64,000 bases of DNA. Source: a virus. Both the position numbers and the translations under genes were made by a program. The first letter of the stretch is position 1. Every line of letters starts with the position of its first letter. A model generated the notes under the pieces. That model had not been told where the DNA came from. It saw only the letters and a program-made list of their open reading frames with translations, and made no database searches. Positions 20,377 to 30,909 of the stretch are shown here, in pieces. The stretch spans positions 1 through 64,000 of IMG/VR virus record IMGVR_UViG_3300027850_000169, one strand, 5' to 3'.

Positions 20377-20868
20377 TCACACGGCTAGTTTTTCTAATTC
20401 GCTCATTACAAAACTCAATTCCATCAACTCTCCTATCGCCTTCTCTTCAATAGTAGACAGGTCAATCCCGACTAAAAACTTAGCAAAATATTCGACATAT
20501 CCGCTCTGACTATTGATGAATGGGTCTGCTAGTAGACGGGTAGTAACAGGCTCTGTCAAACTGAGAAATACATCACTCAATATAATTTTATATCCGTCAA
20601 AAGGTGGAACAAATATTTTACTGTCTGCGCGTCTGACTACCGACCAAAACTGATTCCTCTCTTCCCAAGAAGCCAATACAGTCACATTCCACAGGTGTTT
20701 TGCTTCATGCGGCGTTCGCCTTATGAATGCGTTGCCACTAAAAGCGTAATCTATCTTAGCCCCGTGCAATAACTTTCTAGAGTAGCTTGGCAAGTTTCTT
20801 AGAGTTACCGCAAGAGTGTCGATTTCAAGTCTTAGGTATGGATAATCTTCTATTGTTGGATATGGCAT
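20377..20868 (-). CDS. Putative distal tail protein
   Basis: Start overlaps the tape-measure stop; size and position fit. Confidence 0.55.
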   Translation of the reverse strand: MPYPTIEDYPYLRLEIDTLAVTLRNLPSYSRKLLHGAKIDYAFSGNAFIRRTPHEAKHLWNVTVLASWEERNQFWSVVRRADSKIFVPPFDGYKIILSDVFLSLTEPVTTRLLADPFINSQSGYVEYFAKFLVGIDLSTIEEKAIGELMELSFVMSELEKLAV

Positions 20869-23800
20869 TATTTTCTCCTACCTAGGGCGCTTAAGATTTC
20901 AGCACATTCGGCTGCTGGATTCTGGGAAACGACAGTAAGGTTTCCCACACCGCCTTTACCCATTCCAGTTAACTTGTTCGAGATAGTTTCGAGTAAGTTG
21001 TAAATATTGCCTGCTGTTTCTTCTAGGGACATTGTAATTTGTTTGGCCTCGGTATCAATCTTTGGAGCAATTGGGGGCTGATTAGATGGAGCTACATCAC
21101 CTAATCTTTTTGCTAATATCTCATAAATCCTAGTAACGGTAGCCTCCAATCCTTTAGGTTTGTTTGCCTCTCCTTCAGCCTTGACTTGATTCCCTCTTGC
21201 CTCGTCTAATTGTTGTTGCAAACGTTCAAGTTCAGTTATAGGAGTCTGTCCACCTTCAAATGTTTTCAAAGCTCCATTAACGGGTTTCCCAAACTGCTCC
21301 ATTGCTGCTTTCGCTTCGCGCAAACCTCCCAAGGTGGATTCCTCGGCTGCTCCAATTGCAGCATTGACTTTACCTTCCTCGGTATTGAAATTAATACCTT
21401 TTCTTTTTGCGAAATCACGAGCCGCTAATTCATTTTCGGCTCTAGCTTCGGCATTCCATTTCTTAGTATAATCCTCCATCGCCTTCTGAGCGGCTACAAG
21501 GGATTTGTTCGCTGTTTCAACATCGGGAACCGCTGAAACGGTGTCAACAGGAACGTCAAAAATTGGCAGTGACTTAGCGATTTCTAAAGGTTTGCCAATT
21601 TCAGCACTGATGCCTTTGAGCCAGTCGGGAGTCATTTCAGCAACAGGTGCAGCCTTGGGGGTTTCAAACCCTAAACCTTTTAACCCTTCAGTTTGTACGG
21701 CTCCCAAAGCTTGAATAATCGCAGTTTGAGCGGTGACAGTTAAGGTTTGCTGCTGTTTCTTGTCCTCTACCTCTTTGGCAATTGTAACTTGATTAAGAGC
21801 GGGTTTTGCGTTGCCAAACGCATCAAAAACATTTGACGACTGTACAGAGCTTGTCGAACTAAGACTGCCAGCAGAGTCTTTTTTGGCTTGCGCTGCTTTG
21901 CGAACTTCCTCAAGTTGTTGTTGCTGTGTTAGGCGTTCTCGTCCCCCCTGTTGTTCGATGTTTAGCCGCTGCTGCTCAAGTTGGTTGATTTCACTTTGAG
22001 CTTTTTCAGATTCTCCAACTTGAACGAGTGCTTGTTCTCGAAAACCTTGAACCTGTTTTAACGCTGCAATTTCGCGAGGCGCTGCACCCGTTGCCTTAGC
22101 TTTCTCAACCGCCGCCTGAGACTCAAACAAGGCAATCTGAGCTTGAATTTTTTGGCGCTGTAGTTCTATTGCCTGCTGCTTCTGACTAATAGCTAGTGAC
22201 TGCTGTTGAGCTTGTTGTTGAACCGCAAGTGATGCTACTTGCTGGTCATAAATCTGTTTTTTGATTCCCTCAGCCTTGGTGGCGTCGCCGGACGCATCTG
22301 CAAGAGCAAGCTGGAATTCCAACCGTTGCTTGTCAAGGTCGGATACCGCAGAAGTAAGACCACCCGCTGCTGCCTGTTTGCGCGACTGTTGGTCTAGTCC
22401 AAACTTCTGACTGTCAAGAGTGTTTAGCTCGTTCTCAAGACTTTGTTTTTGTGCGGCTAATTGAATTTCAATTGCTAGGGTGGCTGCTTTGCGCTTGGCT
22501 TCTAACTGCTTCTCAATCAGCCCAAGGTTTGCACCCGCTAATTCTTGCTGGATTTGCCCTTCTCTGTCTGCGGCTTCTTTGGCAGTAATCACGCCCTGAG
22601 CACGTAACTGACGGGTTGCAACTAACTTGTTTTGCAGGATGATAATCTCGCGCCCTGCTGTTTTGAGTTGGACGGCTTCAATCTGTTTAGCGGCATCTTC
22701 TGCTGATAATCCCCCAGCAAGTTCGGCTTTACGGATTGCCAAGGTATCGGTTGTAGTCGTTAGCTTACTGATACGCTCTTGAGCTTTGAGAGCTTCTTCA
22801 ATTTTTTCAACAATCTTTTGCTTGGCTTCTTTCTGTTTTTCAATAGCGCGAGTTTGTTCTAGGTTTTCACGAGTTGCCTTCTGCTCAATTGCCAGTTTCT
22901 TGTCTTCAAGACTATTAATTTCAGATTGTGCAGAACGGACTTTACTGATTTGTCCGAGTGCCTGATTCCGTAGTCCTAGAGCCTGACTGAGGGCTGCAAT
23001 CTCTCCACTAGATGCACCAGTTGCTTTAGCTTTGGCTAACGATGCTTCGGCTTCCAGAATGCCAATTTTTGCGGTAATTTCCTGGCGCTGTAACTCGATG
23101 GATTGCTGCTGACGAGCTAGTCCAACATTTGCTTTTTGTTGTTCTTGTGACTGAGCAAGGGACTTTAACTGCTGTTGATAAATCGCTTCTTTCAGTTGCT
23201 CTTGCTGAACAGTATTACTAGCGAGGTCTGCCAATTGTAACTGAAAACCTAATCGTTGCTGGTCTAGTTTGGATTGAGCCTCTAGTACCCCAGTTATTGC
23301 ACCTTGTTTTTTCGCAACTAATTCTAAGCCTTGACCCTTGACCCCCAAATCGGCTGCTTGCTTCTCAAGAGGTAGCTTCTGCTCAGACAGCCGTGCTTCA
23401 ATTGCGTCGGTTGCCGCCTTTTTCTTGGCTGCGAGTTCTTTTTCGATTAGGTTGAGATTTGCTTGTGTTAAATCTTGCTGAATCTGTGCTTCGCGGTCTG
23501 CGGATTCCTTAACAGAGATTAAGCCCTGTGCTCGCATTTGGCGCGTGGTTGTCAACTTACTTTCTAAAATTCCGCGTTCGCGTTCAGCAGTTTTAACGCC
23601 AATTGCTTCAATTTGCTTGGCGGCTTCTTGTGCTGAAATACTGCCAGAAAGTTCAGCCTTGCGAACGCCAAGGGTTTCATTTGTGGTTGCCAGTTTACTG
23701 GTACGCTCTTGAACTTTGGCGGCTTGTTCAATCTGCTCTAGAGCTTTCTGCCTAGCTTCTTTTTGTTTCTCAATCGCTCGACCTTGCTCTGAGTTTTCCT

Positions 23801-26800
23801 TGGTCGTCCGCTGCTCAATAGACAGCTTTTTATCTTCAAGTGCATTGACTTGAGCTTGGCTTGCTCTGCCTTTGCCAATTTGAGCGGCTGCCTGACCTCG
23901 CAATCCTAGCGCTTGCTTTAATCCAGCAACTTCCTCTGCTGAGGCTCCTGTCGCTACAGCTTTAGCTAAAGCTGCCTGAGCTTCAATGATTGCAATCTTG
24001 GCTGAAATCTCTTGACGTTGTAGCTCGATTTCCTGCTGTTTGCGTGCGAGTCCTACGCTAGCCCGTTGCTGTGCCTGAGAGGCTACAAGATGACTAACCT
24101 GTTTCTGATAAATTGCCTCTTTCAACTCCTCCTGTTTTGCGGTGTTTCCAGCGAGGTCTGCTAATTGTAACTGAAAACCTAATCGTTGCTGGTCTAGTTT
24201 GGATTGAGCATCGTTAACCCCTCCAGCCACCGAAGCTTGTTTAGCAGACAAATCTAAGTCTTGAGATTTAACTCCTAAATCTGCCGCTTGCTGTTCTAAA
24301 GGTAACTTCTGCTCAGATAGTCGCGCTTCAATCGCATCAACAGCAGCTTTTTTCTTAGCCGCTGCACGAGTTTCGTTAGCTTCTTGTTGAGCTTTTAGCA
24401 GTTCCTCTTGAGCTTTTTTCTGAGTTTCTTTGAGCTTCTCCAAATCTTCAGGTTTCTCTTTCTTTGCATCGCCTAAACTTTTAACAGACTTATTGGCAAA
24501 GTTTGCTTTGTCTGTTGCCGCTTGTAACTCGATTGCCGCCCGCCTTTTAGCGGCTTCTTTTTCATTGATTTTACCAGCAGTCAAATCACTTTCAATCGCA
24601 AATTTTTGCTTTAGGACTTTTCCCTCAAGCGCTGTTGATTGTTTCTTAATTGCCTCTGTAACTGAGTCAACTGTAGGTTTTGCTTTTTCCTGCTGTACAG
24701 CTTTTTTTTTGTCAAGTTCAATTGATTCTTGAATTGACTTTTTCTGCCGATTAACTTGGTCAATCTGCATTTTAATTTGACCAATTGCAGCGTTTCGTGC
24801 ATTGTTTTGAGCTTCGGCTTCGTTTCCGCCTATGCCAAATAATCCTGCCTTGGCTTCGGGGACGGCGTTGGCTTCTGCTAATTGTTTATCTAGCAGGGGC
24901 AAAGTATTATCTGCGCGTTTTAAAGCTTTTTTCTCGGCTTCTTTCTCAACCGCAGTCAGCCCTCTCTTTTCTGTTGTGGCTTTGGCACGGGTGCTTTGAA
25001 CATTGCCTAAGTCTTGAGCGCTACCCACTCCAGCCTTGCCCACAATGTCAGTGTTGGCTCGTAGGTCATCAAGCGCAACGTTAAGCTCCTTCATTTCCTG
25101 AGTTTTTTGGACAATAGCAATCAATCCAATGGCTGCACCCAACGCTGCAAGAGGTGCTAATGCCAAGGCGGCGCTAGTTGCTATACCACCAAGACCAACA
25201 GCAGCAAAGTAAGAGGATGTCCCAAATAAGTTAGTTACAATGGTTGCGCGAAGGTAGTTCGCCGTCATTGCTACTAACCGAAGTTGGGTAACTACCATCG
25301 CCGCATTATTTGCAACCATAACAACTGTGACTTGGGTAGTAGCTAAAGCGTAAACCGTTTTAGCAGCAGCGGCAGCTTTTGTAACGACAATTCCGGCAGT
25401 AGTTGCAGCGGCTCCGGCGATTTCTTGTGCAGTTTTGATAATCTGCAATTTCTCAAGAATGGTATAGCCAACAATCAACCCAGATGTGGCCGTAACAAGG
25501 GCGATTGTTCCACCAATTAATGTTTGAACTGGTGCGGGTGCGTTCAAAAAAACACCTAAAAGCGAATTGGCGGCTGTTGCTGCTGCGGCTAGTGAGGGAG
25601 CAAGAGATTTTCCTAATTGTAATTTTAGAGCGTCTATACTTCCACTTAACTCTTCCGTAGCATTCCCCAAACCTTGTTGTAACTGTGCTTGTTGTTCAAT
25701 AGCTGAGCCTGCGCCAGTATCTCCTTTTTGAGCGTTTTTAATTTTTGTATAAGTTTTGTCTATTTTGTCTTGAGTTTGACCTAGTAAACCAAGAAAGGCT
25801 GGCCCGCCTTCATCTCCAAAGATTATTCTTGTCAAACTGGCCTTTTCGTCCGGTTGCATTTTATTAAGGGCGGAACGAAACTCTGGAACTAATTCAACCA
25901 GATTTCGCATTTCTCCGGTTGTAGAATCTCGGATATCTACCCCTAGTTTTTTCATGGCTTCAGACGCTTCTTTTGTAGAAGGTGCTGAAAGTCTGCTAAT
26001 AACTGTTTTTACCGCTGTGGCGGCAGTTGAGGCACTAAATCCGGCATCTCTAACTAAACTAAAAGTTGTTGCTAAGGTTTCTAAGTCTTGATTGTTTGCT
26101 TTTGCAACTGCACCAGCTTGAGACAATATTTGCAGAAAGTCAGGCGCATCAATCGCACCAGCCGCCGCCGTGGCTGAAACTACGTTTGCAATTTCGTTGG
26201 CACTTCTGCCGTAAATAGTGGTAGCAGCACCAACAACTGAAGCAGATACTTTAACACTAGCGCCAGAGGCTTCTGCCATTGCGACTAAGCCGCGTAAGTT
26301 TTTAGCGGTATCTTTAGCGCTGAAACCCAGCTTTGCCAACTCAACAGCAGCCTCTGCCGACTCGTTGCTTGTTTTACTTGTCGCGATTCCAATAGCAATC
26401 GCTTCTCTTTCAAGTGCTGCTACTTCTTCGGCACTCGCACCTGCTGCCGCGCGGAATGAGTTGAGGGAACTTTCAAAGCCCTTGTAAGTATTAATTCCTT
26501 CTTCTGCGAACCCTTTTATAGCCCCAAAGGTAAATTTTGCTGCATCCGCCAACGCCTGGAAACCTACAATTGCTGGAGCTGGGTTGACGGGTGGGATTTC
26601 TATCGGGGGAACTACTATTGGAGGAATGGTAATACCCGCCATAGTATTGTTCAATGCTTGAACCGCAAGGGTAAGCTCTCTTAACGCTGTTACAGCTTGA
26701 CTATTATCCAGTCCAGCACGCAGGCTTATTCCTTGCGAACCAACAGAAGAACGAAGCTGCGAGATATCTTGGACTACTCTAGATGTGTCCAGTGCTACTT

Positions 26801-26870
26801 GAAAAGAAACTGACCCTACTGATGTAACCACAAGATAGTAATTATAAATAACTATCTTTAAAGTCAACAA
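20868..26870 (-). CDS. Tail tape measure protein (TP901-family domain)
   Basis: ~2000 aa, Ala/Gln/Lys coiled coil; ELAKLGFS, AATAVKTVISRLSAP, MKKLGVDIRD, IFGDEG. Confidence 0.93.
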   Translation of the reverse strand: MLTLKIVIYNYYLVVTSVGSVSFQVALDTSRVVQDISQLRSSVGSQGISLRAGLDNSQAVTALRELTLAVQALNNTMAGITIPPIVVPPIEIPPVNPAPAIVGFQALADAAKFTFGAIKGFAEEGINTYKGFESSLNSFRAAAGASAEEVAALEREAIAIGIATSKTSNESAEAAVELAKLGFSAKDTAKNLRGLVAMAEASGASVKVSASVVGAATTIYGRSANEIANVVSATAAAGAIDAPDFLQILSQAGAVAKANNQDLETLATTFSLVRDAGFSASTAATAVKTVISRLSAPSTKEASEAMKKLGVDIRDSTTGEMRNLVELVPEFRSALNKMQPDEKASLTRIIFGDEGGPAFLGLLGQTQDKIDKTYTKIKNAQKGDTGAGSAIEQQAQLQQGLGNATEELSGSIDALKLQLGKSLAPSLAAAATAANSLLGVFLNAPAPVQTLIGGTIALVTATSGLIVGYTILEKLQIIKTAQEIAGAAATTAGIVVTKAAAAAKTVYALATTQVTVVMVANNAAMVVTQLRLVAMTANYLRATIVTNLFGTSSYFAAVGLGGIATSAALALAPLAALGAAIGLIAIVQKTQEMKELNVALDDLRANTDIVGKAGVGSAQDLGNVQSTRAKATTEKRGLTAVEKEAEKKALKRADNTLPLLDKQLAEANAVPEAKAGLFGIGGNEAEAQNNARNAAIGQIKMQIDQVNRQKKSIQESIELDKKKAVQQEKAKPTVDSVTEAIKKQSTALEGKVLKQKFAIESDLTAGKINEKEAAKRRAAIELQAATDKANFANKSVKSLGDAKKEKPEDLEKLKETQKKAQEELLKAQQEANETRAAAKKKAAVDAIEARLSEQKLPLEQQAADLGVKSQDLDLSAKQASVAGGVNDAQSKLDQQRLGFQLQLADLAGNTAKQEELKEAIYQKQVSHLVASQAQQRASVGLARKQQEIELQRQEISAKIAIIEAQAALAKAVATGASAEEVAGLKQALGLRGQAAAQIGKGRASQAQVNALEDKKLSIEQRTTKENSEQGRAIEKQKEARQKALEQIEQAAKVQERTSKLATTNETLGVRKAELSGSISAQEAAKQIEAIGVKTAERERGILESKLTTTRQMRAQGLISVKESADREAQIQQDLTQANLNLIEKELAAKKKAATDAIEARLSEQKLPLEKQAADLGVKGQGLELVAKKQGAITGVLEAQSKLDQQRLGFQLQLADLASNTVQQEQLKEAIYQQQLKSLAQSQEQQKANVGLARQQQSIELQRQEITAKIGILEAEASLAKAKATGASSGEIAALSQALGLRNQALGQISKVRSAQSEINSLEDKKLAIEQKATRENLEQTRAIEKQKEAKQKIVEKIEEALKAQERISKLTTTTDTLAIRKAELAGGLSAEDAAKQIEAVQLKTAGREIIILQNKLVATRQLRAQGVITAKEAADREGQIQQELAGANLGLIEKQLEAKRKAATLAIEIQLAAQKQSLENELNTLDSQKFGLDQQSRKQAAAGGLTSAVSDLDKQRLEFQLALADASGDATKAEGIKKQIYDQQVASLAVQQQAQQQSLAISQKQQAIELQRQKIQAQIALFESQAAVEKAKATGAAPREIAALKQVQGFREQALVQVGESEKAQSEINQLEQQRLNIEQQGGRERLTQQQQLEEVRKAAQAKKDSAGSLSSTSSVQSSNVFDAFGNAKPALNQVTIAKEVEDKKQQQTLTVTAQTAIIQALGAVQTEGLKGLGFETPKAAPVAEMTPDWLKGISAEIGKPLEIAKSLPIFDVPVDTVSAVPDVETANKSLVAAQKAMEDYTKKWNAEARAENELAARDFAKRKGINFNTEEGKVNAAIGAAEESTLGGLREAKAAMEQFGKPVNGALKTFEGGQTPITELERLQQQLDEARGNQVKAEGEANKPKGLEATVTRIYEILAKRLGDVAPSNQPPIAPKIDTEAKQITMSLEETAGNIYNLLETISNKLTGMGKGGVGNLTVVSQNPAAECAEILSALGRRK
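21950..24380 (-). repeat. About three tandem 930-nt (310-aa) internal repeats in the tape measure (ends approximate)
   Basis: Near-identical blocks at 24151 and 23221; diverged copy at 22291 (LDQQRLGFQLQLAD / LDKQRLEFQLALAD). Confidence 0.85.
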
Positions 26871-27016
26871 AATAAGGCAATTTTATTGTTGCAAACTGCA
26901 CAGTAATTGCTGGGTGACTTGTTTTTTTTCTGCATACAAGAAACCCCAAGATTTCTCTCAGGGATGTGTCTCTGCAATATTGTTTACAGTATTGATTGTA
27001 TCGTCTTTCTCATGTG

Positions 27017-27448
27017 TCAATCGTTAATAGTTTGTTCCGAGAATTTGAACCCAGGATGCTCTGAGGGCGCACCCCAAGACGAGCCTATTACTTTAGCTTG
27101 ATAGCCAGCAACAAATATTTCAAGCGTTCCAGTAACACAGGTTGGTTCGTCTAAAATTGAATAGCTCCAGCCACCTTGTCCGTCATAGTCGCATTGCTCT
27201 TGTTCTACCAACTCTCTGAGTTCTTTGTCGGTAGGGGTCTCCCAATCTTTCAATTCTGGAAATCTAGTTAGAAGTTCAGCGCGTTTTTTGGGGTCTTGCA
27301 AATCTTTGACAAGTTCGTCGTAACTGGCTCGCAATTGGTTGAAAAGACAAGTCTCGATTAAGTCTCGAACTTCTCTAGCCAAAACGGGAAGCAGCTTTGG
27401 TTTGACACTATCTTTGGCAATGTAAACTCGACAGATTTTCTTAGCCAT
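27017..27448 (-). CDS. Hypothetical protein
   Basis: 143-aa ORF at the end of the minus-strand operon. Confidence 0.55.
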   Translation of the reverse strand: MAKKICRVYIAKDSVKPKLLPVLAREVRDLIETCLFNQLRASYDELVKDLQDPKKRAELLTRFPELKDWETPTDKELRELVEQEQCDYDGQGGWSYSILDEPTCVTGTLEIFVAGYQAKVIGSSWGAPSEHPGFKFSEQTIND

Positions 27449-27552
27449 GATTTTAGTGGGTAGTTTTTACTAAATTGCTGAATTGACTCGCTAGGTTGGG
27501 ATAGAAGCAGCCATTTTTGACGGTATATAAAAGGCCGCTAATCCGTTTTAAT

Positions 27553-28476
27553 TCAATTACACCAGTTGGAGTAAGCCTGAACTGGGATACCAATCTTCTC
27601 CGGCAACTCAGAAGGAAATTCAAAAGGGTCGGGGGATGGAGACAGCAATTGCTGCTTAATCTGGGCAACTTGTTTTGCTTGGTTTGCTTGCTGTGATTGA
27701 TTCTGAGAGCTGAAACCCGTTTTGATATGCAGGTTTCGCCACTCCTGATAGTTGGGCTGACGCGGAGATTGACCACCGTAACGCTTAATTTTCTCCACTG
27801 CGTTTGCGTAGTCAACACTCAAAGTCTCCAATTGGAGCAAGGCTTGTTCGGCTGCTTCCATGCAACGCCTTTCTTGAGTGGCGTACTCTTGTTTTAGAGC
27901 CATCCATTCTTCAGTTATTTGAGCCTCCCTTGCTTTGATAAACTCTACAGCTTTTAAAGCAGTTGCCGTTAATAGCTTAGGGTCTTTTCGCGCAATTCCT
28001 GCCTGTTTTGACTGAGGGTAGAAATTGACCCCTAGGGTTTTCCCGGTTGGGTCATAGTAGTCGAAACTTCCAAGTATTGTCGGACTTTCAGCTTGGTACA
28101 CCGCTACCGGAACCTTAAAGGCATCCGCCCAATTTCCTTGAGCCGGAGTGACAAAATCCAGTCTAGGGGCTTTCACTTTGGCTTCCCGTGCTGTTACACA
28201 ACGATTACAACATTCATCGAAATACCCCTCTTCCGGTTCAATTTCGTTGCTAATCCAAAGTGCTTTAACTTTATCCCAGTCAAACGAGTCGGTGTCCAAA
28301 ATGAGCATACTTCGACAGAATCTACCGCCCGTATTAGGTTCTTCTGTTACCGTGCCATCTGTTTTGAAAAGTCCTCCCCGCTCTCGGTATACATCACCGG
28401 AGTGGACAATTTTTATCATCTTCTCGATTTCGTCTCTTGAGATTTCTAATTTCCCAAGATTTTTTTTATTGAACAT
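27553..28476 (-). CDS. Hypothetical protein with C-terminal coiled coil
   Basis: 307-aa ORF, 5 nt after the CAP gene. Confidence 0.65.
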   Translation of the reverse strand: MFNKKNLGKLEISRDEIEKMIKIVHSGDVYRERGGLFKTDGTVTEEPNTGGRFCRSMLILDTDSFDWDKVKALWISNEIEPEEGYFDECCNRCVTAREAKVKAPRLDFVTPAQGNWADAFKVPVAVYQAESPTILGSFDYYDPTGKTLGVNFYPQSKQAGIARKDPKLLTATALKAVEFIKAREAQITEEWMALKQEYATQERRCMEAAEQALLQLETLSVDYANAVEKIKRYGGQSPRQPNYQEWRNLHIKTGFSSQNQSQQANQAKQVAQIKQQLLSPSPDPFEFPSELPEKIGIPVQAYSNWCN

Positions 28477-28481
28477 TGCTG

Positions 28482-29003
28482 TTACGCTCCAAATATTTGA
28501 GTTGCAAAATAATTGATTCTTCCATCATCACCCTGGAGTCGTGAGACGGAAATACCAATTCCGGTATGCGTGAAATAAGGTTGAATCATTACTGTGTGAT
28601 GTCCTGGACTTTTTATCCAGCCAGGGACAATCAATGTGCGTTGCTCGGAAAATTGATAATCGTAACACTCTCCACCCGCTAAGTTTTCTCCGGCTCTCGC
28701 AAAAGATTTCATAACTTGCGGGCCCCTTTCCTCATTCCAACCATCATGAGTTAGGCGACTGCTTTTATTCATCCACCTACTATGATTAGTAGCAATCTCG
28801 TTAAGCCTTGAATCCATTGTCAAAGGATTGAGTTTTCTACTCTTTCTGTAGTCATTGACCTCAATCAAGATTTGATTTTCAAGGCTCGAACCTGAGTCTA
28901 TCCTTTGTCTGCTAGCGGTTTCAGTAGGTACTGATTCAGTGGTATTACCTTTTTTAACGATTGGCGGTGTCCAGACATCGACAATCCTTTGAAATAAATC
29001 CAT
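28482..29003 (-). CDS. CAP/SCP domain protein
   Basis: EVNDYRKS..LNPL, HSRWM, GENLA, WIKSPGH, TGIG, ATQIF. Confidence 0.9.
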   Translation of the reverse strand: MDLFQRIVDVWTPPIVKKGNTTESVPTETASRQRIDSGSSLENQILIEVNDYRKSRKLNPLTMDSRLNEIATNHSRWMNKSSRLTHDGWNEERGPQVMKSFARAGENLAGGECYDYQFSEQRTLIVPGWIKSPGHHTVMIQPYFTHTGIGISVSRLQGDDGRINYFATQIFGA

Positions 29004-29014
29004 TTGCTCTCCTG

Positions 29015-29380
29015 CTATTTAGAATTTGGCTTGACATCTTGCTTCAAGCACTCTTCTAGGTGCTTTGTTGTTAGCTCTGCGTTTAACCCAGTGAGAACAC
29101 CTGTCTTTTGCAGGAAGTCGTTATTTTCCACTTGCGTCATTACGGCTTTTTTCCGTACTAACTTCTGTCTTTTGAGCGCTAACGAGCTTGCCAAAACTCC
29201 TATGGCAATAGCAAGCAACAGACTTGCCGTTTTAAGATTTGATGGCTTACCACCAAGGAATAGACTTCCTAACCACGCACCACCAGATATCGATATTGCT
29301 ACGGTTGTTTTGGTGGTTAGAGCGTTGAAATCTTTTTCGTTAAAAAGATTTCCCAAAAAATGTTCAGTTGTGTTTGACAT
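29015..29380 (-). CDS. Small membrane protein
   Basis: Two hydrophobic segments; ATG at 29380 overlaps the upstream stop. Confidence 0.55.
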   Translation of the reverse strand: MSNTTEHFLGNLFNEKDFNALTTKTTVAISISGGAWLGSLFLGGKPSNLKTASLLLAIAIGVLASSLALKRQKLVRKKAVMTQVENNDFLQKTGVLTGLNAELTTKHLEECLKQDVKPNSK

Positions 29381-29634
29381 TAGGTTGCAATCCCTACGAT
29401 AAGTCCACAAGTGATACAAAACCAGAATCCGATAGAGTAGGCGATAACTTTATTGGCCGGAAAGCTCCACAACTCTGAGAACAGTGTAGGCATCAAGGTT
29501 GCCAAAAGATTTGAACAGATAACTAACCCTAGAATGATAATCCCTATATTGGCGGCTAGTAACTGAGATTTGATTGCATAAATTAGAAAGTTGGTCGAAA
29601 CTAAAACGGTCAATCCTAATGCGAGTGGAAACAT
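29380..29634 (-). CDS. Small multi-TM membrane protein
   Basis: MFPLALGLTVL..., three hydrophobic stretches; ATG right after the upstream stop. Confidence 0.55.
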   Translation of the reverse strand: MFPLALGLTVLVSTNFLIYAIKSQLLAANIGIIILGLVICSNLLATLMPTLFSELWSFPANKVIAYSIGFWFCITCGLIVGIAT

Positions 29635-29635
29635 T

Positions 29636-30070
29636 TTATTTCCTGTAAGGTAGTTGTAGAAAATTGCGAGATTGCTCAACTTGTTCGGGACGGCTAGATG
29701 GGCTATCCCCAGAGAGTAAAGCCGCATAATCAGGGAGAACTTGTGCTGCAACAGATTTGACTCGCTGCTCGGCTTCGTAATATCTTTGCGACTCGGTAAC
29801 GACAACTTCTATGGTGTCTGCCGCTGCTACGGCTACATCAGTTGTTGCCCTAGCTTTTTCTGATACACCTTGAAGTTGGGCAATGGTAATGTCTGCTTTG
29901 GCTCGGAGAACCTGACTTTGTAGTCTCAGGTTCTCCACTGTTGGGTTCACGGCTTCCTGTAGTCTCTTTGTTTCACCCGCGAGTTCGTTTGTCTCTTCTT
30001 GAGTGTAGAGACGTATTTCGCCCAAACCGCCCAAGAGTTTATTGATTGCTACTGAGATGATGTTGCTCAT
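29636..30070 (-). CDS. Hypothetical coiled-coil protein
   Basis: 144 aa, translationally coupled. Confidence 0.6.
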   Translation of the reverse strand: MSNIISVAINKLLGGLGEIRLYTQEETNELAGETKRLQEAVNPTVENLRLQSQVLRAKADITIAQLQGVSEKARATTDVAVAAADTIEVVVTESQRYYEAEQRVKSVAAQVLPDYAALLSGDSPSSRPEQVEQSRNFLQLPYRK

Positions 30071-30396
30071 TAGTTTACTCCTGTCGGTTTGGCGAGTCTT
30101 GGTAAACAGTGAAAATCAATCCAGCTAATAGCAGAAGTTTCTGCTTCGCCGACTGAAGAATAGAACTCATCTTCGCCCTCGCAGATTAAGTCGCTTTGAT
30201 AGATACTCCATGTTGTTGTGTAGCTTTGGTCAATCTCCGTTCTGAGTTTGATTGAATAACCCTTGTACAAGGTTTCAATACATGAATCGTCATCGGGAAA
30301 CTGGATATCACCTCGATTGACCAATTCACCAAAAACAGCATCGTACAAAGCGTTAAGAGGCTTACTTGGAATTAATTTGACAAGCTTGTTTAGCAT
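30070..30396 (-). CDS. Hypothetical protein (YKG..I / EA...A..WID family)
   Basis: Motif shared with 45677-46021 and 42908-43171. Confidence 0.55.
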   Translation of the reverse strand: MLNKLVKLIPSKPLNALYDAVFGELVNRGDIQFPDDDSCIETLYKGYSIKLRTEIDQSYTTTWSIYQSDLICEGEDEFYSSVGEAETSAISWIDFHCLPRLAKPTGVN

Positions 30397-30474
30397 TTGT
30401 TAGTTGTGTTAATTGACCGTTGCCGATATCCGGCAGACCTGCACACTCCGACTCCGAGGTGGTGTGCAAGAAGT

Positions 30475-30909
30475 TTATTTCTTTTTCCTTGCAATCTTCC
30501 ATATCTGTGTGAAAGCGTATTTAATCCAACCGCCAACAAGGTAGAAGTAGAACCACAAAGGCTTATTACTTTCACTCCAACAATGAAGTAGATATCGAGC
30601 TTTCCAATGTTCTGAGTAAGGTAGTCGAAAGAACTCTGTACCCCCTGACTTCCGACCCATGTAAACATTAAACCTGTCGAAATGATTGTGCATCTTAACT
30701 TCTAACGCTCTCATGCTTGAGGTATGTACCAACTCTACCAACTCTAGCTTGCCCCAATCTTCCTCTAATTCGCGTTTTCGTAGGTGAATTGCGCGACCAG
30801 TAAATCCGATTTTGTAGAAGCCTTTTGTGTCTTTAAAGATGTAGACACTGCCTGGCACATAATCATTGCGAACGCCATTGATATAGCGATTGCTAAGCTT
30901 CCTCACCAT
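30475..30909 (-). CDS. GIY-YIG / T5orf172-like domain protein
   Basis: GSVYIF..YKIGFT..R..EL, LEVKMH..F, TEFFRL. Confidence 0.8.
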   Translation of the reverse strand: MVRKLSNRYINGVRNDYVPGSVYIFKDTKGFYKIGFTGRAIHLRKRELEEDWGKLELVELVHTSSMRALEVKMHNHFDRFNVYMGRKSGGTEFFRLPYSEHWKARYLLHCWSESNKPLWFYFYLVGGWIKYAFTQIWKIARKKK

